Shown in pieces: positions 20,381 through 30,982 of a stretch of DNA of 35,424 nt. How positions within the stretch are numbered: the stretch's first letter is position 1; each line of letters begins with the position of its first letter. The notes beneath the pieces were generated by a model. The model worked only from the letters and a program-made list of their open reading frames with translations, did no database searches and was not told where the DNA came from. The stretch comes from Saprolegnia diclina VS20 (lineage: Eukaryota): positions 96,868-132,291 of the forward strand of contig NW_008246126.1 in NCBI RefSeq assembly GCF_000281045.1, given 5' to 3'. The position numbers and the translations under genes are program-made.

Positions 20381-21475
20381 TCACAGTCCGAACGGGTTGG
20401 TTTCTTTGGGCTTGCGCTTGCCGTTCTTGAGCGCGATCGCCCAGCTCAACGACGGCACAATTGACCGCTTGTTTTCACCACGGCCGTACGACATGTGCCC
20501 CGCAAACATGAGCGCCTCGTGCTCGGTCCCGTTGTCGTCGATCGTCACGTCGACCGTGAGGTAGCCAGGCGGAATGTCTTGCATGTCGACGAGTGGGTAG
20601 TTGTACGGGACGTCGACATGATGAACGGGCTTGCGCTGCCGCGTGTCTTTCGCCATCTTGTCGCCTTGCCACTGGCCTTTGTCGTTGAAGACGCAAAAGA
20701 CGCTGAGCCAGCCGGCGAGGTAGCTCGGGCCCGAGCCGCCGCCTTTGCGACTGCAGATGCGGTCCCAGAACGCTACGTCGGCCTGGCCTTGTGCTGCCGC
20801 CACAAACTGATCGAGAATCGGCGCCAGCATCGTCGTCCACTGCGTCATGCGCTCGCCGTACGTCGAGAGCTTGTCGAGGCGATGCCGAATGTCTTGCCAA
20901 TCGTCGACGGTGCCGAGGAGCGTCACATGTGGAATGCCGCATTTGAGGCTAAACTTGTACGAAAAGAACTTCTTCATCGTGGCCATGAGCACGACGCTGC
21001 CGACAATGACGTCGTGGTCGGTCGTTGTCGAGAAGGACGGAAGCACCCAGTGCTTGAGGCTAGGGTCCACGAGGAACTCGTCCATCTTGTCGACCATTTG
21101 CTTGGAGAGCGCGCCAAAGTCGACCGAGTACAATGTCCCATTGGCATCAACAATAAGCTCCTTCTGACCCTCGTGCTTGACGAGCGACGACCGCAGCGCT
21201 TCGGCGTTGCCATCGACGTACAGACCAAACTGAATCAAAATCGCGAGCCAAATATCGTCCGGTCGAAGCACGAGGTCGTGGTGGTTGTTGTAGGCTTCAA
21301 TAACACCACGCACAAAGCCACTTTCAGACGCAACAACGGGACCGAGGTGGGTGGCTTGGACAATGTCTCTGCAGCCTTCTGTGGCAAACTCCTTGAGCGC
21401 CGTAATGGGCTGACGATTGGATAGCTCCGCCTTGCAGATGCTGCGCTCCACGGACGAGACGGCAAACGTAACCAT
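20381..21475 (-). CDS. DUF4419-like protein, intronless
   Basis: Motifs GFVRGVIEAYNNHHDLVLRPDDIWLAIL.QF..YV..NAE.LR...V.HEG.KEL, P.FSTTT..D, CGIP.VTL.GT.DDW and GGSGPSYLAGW. Likely start MVTFAV at 21475. Confidence 0.8.
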   Translation of the reverse strand: MVTFAVSSVERSICKAELSNRQPITALKEFATEGCRDIVQATHLGPVVASESGFVRGVIEAYNNHHDLVLRPDDIWLAILIQFGLYVDGNAEALRSSLVKHEGQKELIVDANGTLYSVDFGALSKQMVDKMDEFLVDPSLKHWVLPSFSTTTDHDVIVGSVVLMATMKKFFSYKFSLKCGIPHVTLLGTVDDWQDIRHRLDKLSTYGERMTQWTTMLAPILDQFVAAAQGQADVAFWDRICSRKGGGSGPSYLAGWLSVFCVFNDKGQWQGDKMAKDTRQRKPVHHVDVPYNYPLVDMQDIPPGYLTVDVTIDDNGTEHEALMFAGHMSYGRGENKRSIVPSLSWAIALKNGKRKPKETNPFGL

Positions 21476-21889
21476 GACCAAGACAATTTGAGAATGTCGA
21501 AGAATTATCGGTAGCCCAATTCGATCGACCCGAGAGCAAACCGCCGAATGGGAATGATTGTCCTCGTCAACATTTTGGTCTACAAGCGCAATCATTCGCG
21601 GTCGATAGGAATGTACTAGTTACAACCCGGCCACTACACGACACTAGAGCCTTGCAAAACACCTTGGGTCAGCAACGACGACGGAAAGAAGGAGCCGTCC
21701 GCACCCGGAAACTTCCTCAGTCAACTGGCGTCGGTCAAGCGACGTATCTTTGGATCACCGGACGACGCGTGGACACTGACCATGCGTCTTTACGTCGCCG
21801 AAACGATCGTGAACGGGGTTCTGTGAGTGTCGCGTAGGTTCGTGTAGCAGCCTCCCGTCCACAACCCATTCGGCCACTGTCGCTGACAA

Positions 21890-22330
21890 ATGCGTGGTGC
21901 AAACTTTGAGGAACTGGATCGAGACAGGCAGAAGCGCGATCCGCGGGACAAGGTGCTGACGCGGCCACTTGTGTTGGGCGAGGAGCCGGAGAAGCCGACG
22001 AAGAGCAGGCCGCTCGGGCCCTTGAACGAGGCGGTGGTGCACGTGCAGTTGAGCGACACGCGCCGCCTCTCTGGACGGCTGGACGGCACCCTGACAGCAA
22101 CCGTCCAGATACCGGAGTATGTACAGTGTATGTGTGGTCCAGCCTCCTTGCAGTTGGAAGCAGCAACGCCTCCTCCTTCTCCGTGCAGAGGTACACACAC
22201 TGAAAGCTACCGTTGGTGATAGGCCGTGTAATGCTGCCGCTCCTGCTGCAGCTCGCGTACCGGAAGTATCTCGCATCCTGCGATAGTCGAAATCGCATGT
22301 CCATCTCATCCACTCCCTTCTCTATGCACT
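21890..22330 (+). pseudogene. Possible degenerate LSM-fold (NAA38/LSMD1-like) gene fragment
   Basis: LNEAVVHVQLSDTRRLSGRL resembles the Sm1 start (L...V.V.L.DGR...G.L), but the following D..NL motif is missing and the frames break. Confidence 0.3.
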
Positions 22331-22678
22331 GCTACTCCTTCTCTCATGCTACATGCAGCAACCACCCTTGCATCGGGTCTAGGATGAATGGCTTCATTTA
22401 GTGAAGGCCACCGGTGGCCATCTTCCTGCAAATATCAAAATGACACAAATTTGGCGCGAGTCGCTGAAACTGTCAGAACGAAAACCTCTCAAACTGAATA
22501 CAGTATCTATATTTAAACACAAAGGGTTTTCGTGGAAACCAGCCGCCATACAAATGTCGCGATATTTTTATTCAAAAACAAAATGAATTCACGCTGGAGT
22601 AGTATACAAACACCAAGCTTCCTGCCACCTGGCGAGACACCTCCGCCGAGGTGTCATTTCTCGCCTTGACCGCCCGCC

Positions 22679-23638
22679 ATGCTGCGCCTCCTCCGACTGG
22701 CCGTCGTCGCCGCCGGCGTCTCGGCCGCCGTCCGCAGCAGCATGATGCACCCGTGGCCGCTCCTGCACCGGCGCCTCCAAGAGTCCTCCGGTGTCATCGG
22801 CAACGTCTGCCGCGACACGACCGACTGCCCCGCCGGCAGCGTGTGCATCGCCGGCAGCGCGACGACGTCGATCCAGTCGTGCGTCCAGACGCCGGGCTGC
22901 GGCGGCAACGTCGCAGGCAACTGCCCGGGCCTCCTCTCAACCGGCCAGCTCGTGTGCGCGTGGAGCCCCGTGAACGCGTCACAATGCTCGGACAATCAAA
23001 ACTCGTGCGCCGCCTTTAACGGCCAAGCCGGTATCTACATGTGCATGACCCTCGACCGCTGCGATGCGATCAACGGCAACAAGGGCGTGTGCAGCAGCGG
23101 GTGCAAGTCGTCGAACGGCCTCATCTGCAACGGGCGTGGCGGGTGCCGGACCACGAACGGCGCGTCGTACACGTGCGAGTGCAACGACGGCTGGGACGGC
23201 CCAGCGTGCGAGAAGGTCGTCAACAGCAGCTGCCAGGCTGGCGTCGGTAGCTGCGGCCAGTTTGGTCAGTGCGTCGACGGCACGTGCTCGTGCGTCAAGG
23301 GCTACAGCGGGCAGCAGTGTGAGCTTTCGCCCAATGCAACGACGACAAGCCCGTCGGCGACGACTGCGGTCGTGACGCTACCGACGCCCACCTCGGACAG
23401 CGCGAGCAGTAGCAGCAAAGCGACGGCTGGCGGCAGTAGCAACACTACCACCTCGTGGTGGTGGATTCTTCTCGTCGTCGTCGTGGCCCTCGCGTTTGTG
23501 CTCATCGTCGCCTTCTTTGTTCGGAAGAAGATGCAGCAGCGCGAAGCCGACCGCGCGCGCGCCGAAGTCGGCGAGCTTATGGAAGGCGACATTGACGACG
23601 GCGTCCAGACGCCAAAGGGCATGATTCAGACCTTATAA
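22679..23638 (+). CDS. Type I membrane protein: signal peptide, Cys-rich/EGF-like ectodomain, S/T stalk, TM helix
   Basis: Hydrophobic N-terminus. EGF-like motifs CNGRGGC..CECNDGWDGPAC and CGQFGQCVDGTCSCVKGYSGQQC. TM WWWILLVVVVALAFVLIVAFFV followed by RKK. Confidence 0.88.
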   Translation: MLRLLRLAVVAAGVSAAVRSSMMHPWPLLHRRLQESSGVIGNVCRDTTDCPAGSVCIAGSATTSIQSCVQTPGCGGNVAGNCPGLLSTGQLVCAWSPVNASQCSDNQNSCAAFNGQAGIYMCMTLDRCDAINGNKGVCSSGCKSSNGLICNGRGGCRTTNGASYTCECNDGWDGPACEKVVNSSCQAGVGSCGQFGQCVDGTCSCVKGYSGQQCELSPNATTTSPSATTAVVTLPTPTSDSASSSSKATAGGSSNTTTSWWWILLVVVVALAFVLIVAFFVRKKMQQREADRARAEVGELMEGDIDDGVQTPKGMIQTL

Positions 23639-24205
23639 TGGACGGCCTCTCTGGTAATAGATGTATATGTGCCATTCCATCGACCGGCATGCGCAGAGCA
23701 CCGATACCGACCGCCGTCGTTGCCGTTGCAACGAAAGGATCGGCCGAGATTCCGCGGAACCGATACGTGGCTCTTCAAGCTGCGCGCTGGCCCTACCACT
23801 GTGGCCTTCCAGGCTATGATGCGTCTCTGAGCTGCGTTGCGGGCCAACATGTCCACAGCACCAGCTGGAGGTGTCAATGAATGGCAGCTGCCTCCTGTCG
23901 GGCAATGACAGCTGCGCGCGTATGGCCATGCATCTGCCGCGGCACCATGTTGGTGGCCTTTGGCCCGTGCGCTCGAGTCGCGACCGCCAAGGTCTCGGTC
24001 CGCCCGTCGTCGTTGTCGTCGTCGATCGGGCTGCTGTCGGGTTGTTCCGCCTGGATTCCCACCAGGTGGTGCGCGTCGCACTTGCGCAATTTGATGTTCG
24101 ATTTAATTGCATACATTTGGCAAGCTGTTTAAATTTTTGCGAAAGATTCGCCAAAATAATTGGGACAAACATTTGGGAAAAACCCGGCGGTCCCTCATTT
24201 TCGAA

Positions 24206-25270
24206 ATGCGACGGCTGCATCCTGCCTTGCTACTACTGCTGCTCGCCGGCGTCGCCGCCATCGACGTCCCGTGCAATAGCACCGGCGCCTGCCCACTAGG
24301 CTCGAGCTGCGTCGCAGGCGAGTCGGACGTCGCCGTACAGTCGTGCGTCGTCGACTCGGTCTGTGGCGGCAACTTGGCCGGCAACTGCCCGCGCCTGCCA
24401 CACACCGGCCCGCTCGTGTGCGCCTGGAGCCGCCAGCCGCCGGATGCTTGCGCCTTTGGCAACTGCCAGACGTATGGCGAGCACGCCGGCATCTTCAAGT
24501 GCATGGACATGACGCGCTGCGACCAACTCGTCGGGTCGGGTGCTTGCTCGACGGGCTGCGCTGTGCACGGCAAGCCATGCAATGGCCGCGGTACGTGCCA
24601 CTCGACGGGCGCAACCAACTTTGCCTGCACCTGCGATCACGGATGGAGCGGCGCGCGCTGCGATGTCGCCGGGTCGGACGCATGTCTCCTCGGGCAGTGC
24701 GGCGACCACGGCAGGTGCACCAACGGCCATTGCATCTGCATCGATGGATACGCTGGCGTGCAATGCGAACAAGCGCCTACCACGAGCGCGACTCCAACGA
24801 CGGACCGTCCGACGCCGTCGACCACGGCAACGACCGTACCGACGACGCCATCGACCACGGCAACATCCGCACCGACAACAGCACGGACGAGCTCCGCGCC
24901 GGTACCGTCGACATCGGGCGTCGATCGGCCAACGACCATGCCACCGACATCGACTACCCCGACGCAACCTACCAACCCGAGCGACATGCAGACGACGGCG
25001 CCCGCTCCGACGAAGAACGGGTCGGCGACCAAATGGGACGCCCGCGATTATAACCGCGTCGACAAGACGCAGCCGATGCCGGTCGCCGTCATGATCGTCG
25101 CCATCGTGGCCGCCCTCGTCGTCATTGGGATGATCATCTTTGGCGTGTACGCTCGGAAGAAGAAGCTGCGCGCCGCCAACGCCGAGATCGAACGCTCGAC
25201 ACTGCAGACGCAAGACTCGGTCATGACTGAAGGCGGCACCACGCCCCGAGACCAGATCCAAGTGCTCTAG
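24206..25270 (+). CDS. Tandem paralog of the EGF-like type I membrane protein, with a longer T/P mucin stalk
   Basis: Start MRRLHPALLLLLLAG at 24206. Same Cys pattern (CGGN.AGNCP, LVCAWS, CNGRG.C). TM helix followed by RKKK. Confidence 0.88.
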   Translation: MRRLHPALLLLLLAGVAAIDVPCNSTGACPLGSSCVAGESDVAVQSCVVDSVCGGNLAGNCPRLPHTGPLVCAWSRQPPDACAFGNCQTYGEHAGIFKCMDMTRCDQLVGSGACSTGCAVHGKPCNGRGTCHSTGATNFACTCDHGWSGARCDVAGSDACLLGQCGDHGRCTNGHCICIDGYAGVQCEQAPTTSATPTTDRPTPSTTATTVPTTPSTTATSAPTTARTSSAPVPSTSGVDRPTTMPPTSTTPTQPTNPSDMQTTAPAPTKNGSATKWDARDYNRVDKTQPMPVAVMIVAIVAALVVIGMIIFGVYARKKKLRAANAEIERSTLQTQDSVMTEGGTTPRDQIQVL

Positions 25271-25387
25271 TTTAAATATCGTAACCTCATACACAATATT
25301 GTCTTGTACTGGTGCGACATCTCGACGACAGCGACCACGCTCTTTGTGATCGACAATCACGGCCCATGCAGTGAGCAGTGACGTGGC

Positions 25388-28300
25388 ATGGTCTCGTTGA
25401 CAGCCACCGCCAACGACGACCCGACAACTGTTGTCGCAATGTTCAACATGTCAACTGCGTGTCAACTGTGCCGGGCGGAGCCCGAGATGATCGTTTCACG
25501 AGAGTTTCGTCATGCTGCTCGAGGCACCGACGCCGACGGCAGCGAGCGACGGCGCCGTCGCGCACGACGACGTTCTCTTTCTCATTCTTGTGGGTACTAC
25601 GACGACGCTTCTGCTCTAACCAGTGGCGTAGCACTACCTGGAGAGTACGGGCCTGTTTGCGACCACGGTTGCGCTTCTCCTCGAGTCGGGTCTCGACCAT
25701 CGGTGGCTCTGCGGGCCAAGCCGCGCCATGGCCCAGCTCCGCGCCTACATCTTACGCGGCGAGTTTGCACTTGCCTTGGCACTTCTCGAGCCGTTGCAGG
25801 CGCAGGCACCGACAACGTACGCCCGCGTGCACGACGCTGTCTGCGCGCACGCCTTTCTCGAAGCCTGCGTCGACGCGGCACCGGTACCTGCCACGTCGCC
25901 ACTGGCAATGTCAAGTGCATGCATAGATCCCGTCGCGGCTTCGATGGCTCCAAGCGCTGACAAAATCCCACACCGAGTATGGACTCTACGAGACACTGGC
26001 GTTTACAACGACACCGAATACCGTGCATCCGACGCTCGCTTCGTGGAACACGGCGCAGCGCCGATTGCAGTGCTTCGCCGAGGTTCTCGCCGACGTCCGG
26101 GAGCTGCCAAACGACGACGACGGCGTCGCGCGGTACTTGGCGACGCCGCCGATGCAGCTGCAAACGCTCGTGGCACAGGCGCTGCGCTATCAGGTCGGAT
26201 TGTTCCGGCTCGTCGAGTTGTTGTGTACTAGGCTATGTAGGCTCACGAGAGCAACCAAGACGACACGGCGCTGGACTGCCTGCGACCGGACGCGGTGCCG
26301 TTGCCGGCGCCGACGCAGCACCTGCTTCGCTTGGCATCGACGCCCTCAGTCGACGACAAGAAGACAACTGTCGTCACCGCTTCGATGGTTTTACCGCCGA
26401 AACGACCGTGGACGACCATCGCACCACAGAACAATGTGGCTTGCCAGACGGAGAGCTCTTCGGTGTTATCCAGCGAGGTTGGCTCGCAGGCGTCAGTTGC
26501 CGTCGATGCAACGGGCGTGCAGACGGCGGTCGTCGTCGCTACCTTGGGTGTACAGACGCGAGAGCCTTTTCTTGCGTCCGCAGAAGTGCAAACAACCAGC
26601 ATCGACAGCTCGACGACGAGTGCACAGACGGAACCGAGCACTGCCGATGAGAGCTCGCATTTTGGTGTTCAAACCGACGTGGCCGAGGTCGCGCATACCG
26701 AGTCGCAGACGCCGACGACGACTACGCAAGACGTCGGCCAGCAAGCGGCGCTACACCGGCTAGTGACGGATGCCGATGTGCAGACTACGACGTCAACACT
26801 GTGCGACGCATCGATGCAAACGACCGTGCCATTGCCCAGTGCACCCGCCATCACCCCACTTGTACTCCCAACGCCAACGGCTGAGCCGACGCTTCTCCAC
26901 CGCCCACCGCCACCGGCGTCCACAGACTTTATACGGCTGTCCATGGTACTCCAAGCAAATCGCATGCGAACGTCATGTGATTGGCTTCGAGTAGACTGTG
27001 CCACCGCCTGTTGCACCGGCAACACTCGGCCGGCGCAACGATATGGTTCGTCTCTCGGACGGACTGGCGCACCTCAGTCGTCAGTCCAACGCGTTTCCAC
27101 AAGCGCCACCGACGCCACCAAAGCCTAACAGCCCCGTGCTCCTCTCAACTGCCTCGTTCTCAAATCATCGGACGTCGGTGCCGGTCGACCGCGCGGCAAA
27201 GCCTTCTACGTACGACCAGGCGCCGAGCCCGGCGACGGCGGTCGTAGTTGCCGAGACGCGTGAGGCACAGGTGCCCGCAACGGCTAACATCAAGAGCCGA
27301 ATGTATGCACAATGTAGGCGGTCCGAGCTCTGCAAGTAAGCCACCACGGCAAGTACCTCTTGGTCGGTACGAACGCGCGGGCCGTGCGCGTCCTCAACGT
27401 TCGGGATGCGCTGGCGGGACCTCGGGACGCCGTTCCCGGCGCGGCGCTGGCACTGTTACCGGTAGATGTCAACTATAGCAGCGACTAGGGTTCTCAACCG
27501 ACTAGGTTGTGAGTGAGCACTACAAGCACCATAGCGGGCCAATCTACTGCGCCGCGTGGAACTGCACCGATACGCTCGTGGCCACCGGTGCGTTGGCCGT
27601 CGACGACGCATACGACGGCACTTCTTAGGGTCGACGGACGGTGTCATTCACCTCGCCCGCCCGTTCCAGCTTGACAAGGTGGCGACAGCGTTGTACGAAC
27701 ACACGGACGTTGGGCCTGCCACCGACAAGACCAAAGTCCGAGCGCTGGTGTTTGCACCCACCTCCGGTAGCCACCGACCGTCGCATCGGTGATGAAGCCG
27801 TCGTCATGTAGATCGCTCGCTTGCATCGATCGGCGGCTACGAAGACAACGTCGTGCGCGTCTGGGACCTGTCTTCGGCGTCGGTGGCCATGCATTTACCC
27901 GGTCATGGCCAGGATCTTCTCTCAGTACGTGGCAAACATGAACGCGCTCGAGTAACCGGCAACGGCGCTAGATGCAGTACCACGCAATCGAGCCGCACCT
28001 GCTCCTCACGTCGGCCCACGACCGGACACTGCGCACGTGGGATCTGCGCACCGGGTGTTGTACGAGCGTGCTGCAGCTGCCGTCGCCCGCCATTTCCATG
28101 GCGTGCCACCCCGTGTCCGGTACGTAATCGAATGCGAAGGGATACCAACGGCCGACGTAGGCTCCGTGGTAGCATCGGCGCACGACGACGGCACCGTTGC
28201 CCTCTGGGACGCCCGGTCGCACCGACGTCCGACGCACTCGCAACGGCGTCTCACCACAACTGCTGGGTGCCGCCCGATCCTGTCATTCTCGCCCCACGGC

Positions 28301-28480
28301 GCCTGGCTCCTCCTCGGTGGCTTTGACGGGTCGCTTCTGGTGTTGAATGACAGCCTCGACGTCGTCGCCGACTACTCGGCAACGGTGCGCGACAGTGTCG
28401 TACAGGCGGTGTGGCACACGACGCTCCCGGCGTTCGTCACGTCGGGCGCCTCCAAGTCGGTGAAACTCTGGGCGCTGTAG
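25388..28480 (+). CDS. WDR47-like protein: LisH/CTLH-type N-terminus, low-complexity VQT-rich middle, C-terminal WD40 propeller (multi-exon)
   Basis: LRAYILRGEFALALALLEPL (CTLH-like), WNTAQRRLQCF, VGTNARAVRVL, then WD repeats (VRVWDL, TLRTWDLR, AHDDGTVALWD, FSPHGAWLLLGGFDG, TSGASKSVKLW). The 5' exon structure and start are uncertain. Confidence 0.7.
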
Positions 28481-28933
28481 TCTTCTCCAGAATCGAAACA
28501 CGCTCTCCTTCTTGTGCGGTCGAGTTGATGTCCCTCACAGTAGCAGCACTAGCTGGGAGCTCGTAGAGACGACGAGCAGTACACATGCGAATGACCTCCT
28601 CGTCTTGTTCCGACTTGGCGGTGTGCACGTGGGGAAGGTTCCCCATCAGGTGCCACCAGTGACAAGGAAATACACACGGTTCCCTTGGTGACTATGGTCC
28701 TCACTACCGCCCAACGACCTTCTGCAGGAGGGTAAGTGATGGGCGGACGATCCGGCCGACGTCGGCGTCGGCTTCACCGATCAAGTTTGCACCCGGCACC
28801 GTCGACAACCGGTTGTCTACCGAAGGCAAGACACGTCAAGAGGAAGACAGGCAGCCAAGGACAATATGTCGCAAAAGCTATCGATTGACGCACGCCATAC
28901 AACGGGCTCTCGACGTCTCGTCGGGCAGGACGC

Positions 28934-30106
28934 CTAGTACCACGACTCGTACCACGGGTTCTTGAAGGCGTACGCCGAGACCATTTGGCGGTAGGCGATG
29001 AGGAACATGGCGAGGCAGAGCCCGAGCGCGAGATAGCGCAGCGTCGTGTTCTTGATCGCGACCGCCGACTGCGACATGAGGATGACGCTGAGCGCCGCCA
29101 CAATATCGTAGCCGCCGACGATGAGGCCTTCGACGACAAACTGCTGACGGCCCTGCGGATGGAAGAACGTAATCTTGCCGTTGCGCTCCTGCGAGAACGC
29201 CGGCGGCTCGCGGATGATGCAGTAGACCATGCCCGAGACCGAGAGGCCGTAAAAGAGCTAGATACGGCATGAGATTTGAGCCATACGTAGTGAGCACGTA
29301 CGAACGAGATGGCGAGCCAGACGCGCTTGCGGCGAAGGCGGTTGAGGACCATGTCCAAGTTGGACCACACCGAGTGCGCAATCACGCCAAGCACAAAGAG
29401 AACGCCAAAGAGCACAGCGTATGCAAACGCCTTGGAGCGGAGCACGGGCGCGTCGACGCCCGTCTTTTCCTTGACGTAGCTCATCATGGACTCGGCCGAC
29501 TTGCCCTGCGTGTAGACGCTAAAGATCTGGTTCGCGGGCAGCTCAATCTTGGTCGGCAGCTTCTTGCCCGTGTCTTCCGTGCGGTCGGGCCCGACGTACA
29601 CGAGCTGCGGCGCCGACGTAAAGCCATGCTACAGAATCCAGCGCGTGAGCTTGCCATTCCTTCGCACAATAGGACGACGTACGATGCCGTACGCGCCTTG
29701 GTTCGTGTCAAAGTCGACGACGCCAAAGAAGATGTCAAAGCCATCACGGCCCTTCTCGCCCGTCGCGAGCACCGACTCGGCGAGGACAGTGAATTCGGGA
29801 TGCACTTGCCTACGTGGCATGGCCTCGTGAGCGCGTGTCGTTATGGATGCATGTAGGTACGTACTGGCAGACTTCGCACGCGTACTTTTCGCCAAGCGCC
29901 GTGAAGAGCAGGAAGAGATGGTACGGGCGCTCGGGCGCGACCGCCACCTCGGTGTAGAGCTCCGTGTCGAAGGTCACGACGCCATCGCGGACGCGGCCCT
30001 TGAGGCCACGCAGCTTCTCGACGCCCGAAGCGTAGTCATTGCGCGCCGATCGTCCGGCGGCGACGCAGAGGATGGCGGCGACTAGCGCGAGGAAGAGCGC
30101 TCGCAT
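28934..30106 (-). CDS. Oligosaccharyltransferase OST3/OST6 (MAGT1/TUSC3) family subunit, multi-exon
   Basis: Signal peptide MRALFLALVAAILCV. Thioredoxin-like RPYHLFLLFTAL...CEVC and FFGVVDFD. C-terminal SGMVYCIIREPP, QQFVVEG and terminal KNPWY, with several TM helices. Confidence 0.88.
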
Positions 30107-30568
30107 GCTTGATACGCGTCGCAAGCAAGTCTTCGTTCTGACCGCAGAGGCTACAAACCTCCCATTTTTAATAAACAACCTCTATGTTTGCATGTGCATA
30201 CGTGGCACCGTCGCCAGGCCACCACGCATGGCCGACCGCCACCGCGAGGCAGTGGCGCATCGGCGCAAGCGTCCCAGCGCCTGAAGCAGTGCTATAAGCA
30301 ATGACGTGTCGGCGCGCCGACGCCGGTTGCGCGCCTTTTCCAGCCAAACCGGCAGTCTCGCTGCTCGCTGGCTTCGGCTCGTCGGCTCTCTAAGTGCTAT
30401 CGGTGCCAGTCGACTGCCACCAGCTTTCTGAAGCGACCCGTCGTCGGCCACGGCGCTTCGATCGGTGCTGGCACGAGGCCAGGGTCGGTGCAATGAGGTC
30501 GTGAGCTGTCAGGCTTGCCATCGTACGGATAACCTCCGGATAATTTAAATCTCCAGAGCAAGTGCAAC

Positions 30569-30817
30569 ATGAACTACGGCGAGGCCGTCGCGCTGGTCGA
30601 GGCGGCGGTTGCGGCCGAGGACCGTGGGCTCTACGCGCGGGCGACGGAAGAGTACTTTGTTGCTGCGAGTGCGATGGCTGCAGCGGCGCTCACGGAGCCG
30701 TCGCCCAAGATCCAGCAGCTGCTCGAGCTCAAGGCGCAGCAAGTCGAGCGCTGGGGTGTCGCCCTCGCGGCGTGGCTCGCCGACGGCCAGCGCGGGCCGG
30801 TGCCCATGCGCACATAG
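30569..30817 (+). CDS. Small MIT-domain-like protein (82 aa)
   Basis: AVALVEAAVAAEDRGLYARATEEY..A......EPSPKIQQLLELKAQQ matches the MIT three-helix pattern. Confidence 0.7.
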   Translation: MNYGEAVALVEAAVAAEDRGLYARATEEYFVAASAMAAAALTEPSPKIQQLLELKAQQVERWGVALAAWLADGQRGPVPMRT

Positions 30818-30949
30818 TAATCTACGCACATAATATGTCCTCTTCTGGTGTTCGTTTCGATCGATAGAACAAGTGTGGTGCGAACCGTCACCAGACTTTC
30901 CACAGGCATCGATTGTTCCAAGCGTCGCCGTGGGCATCGCCGCTTCAAA

Positions 30950-30963
30950 CCATTTTCCAATTT
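30950..30963 (+). promoter_or_regulatory. Oomycete initiator plus FPR core promoter element
   Basis: CCATTTTCCAATTT matches YCATTYBNNNWTTY about 20 bp upstream of ATG 30983. Confidence 0.55.
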
Positions 30964-30982
30964 CATTTGCAGCGACAACAAC

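Noticed and set aside
11534..30106. MOGS, GGPP synthase and OST3/6 as an N-glycosylation gene cluster
   Set aside because: They are separated by unrelated genes, and GGPS is not the dolichol cis-prenyltransferase. Coincidence is more likely.
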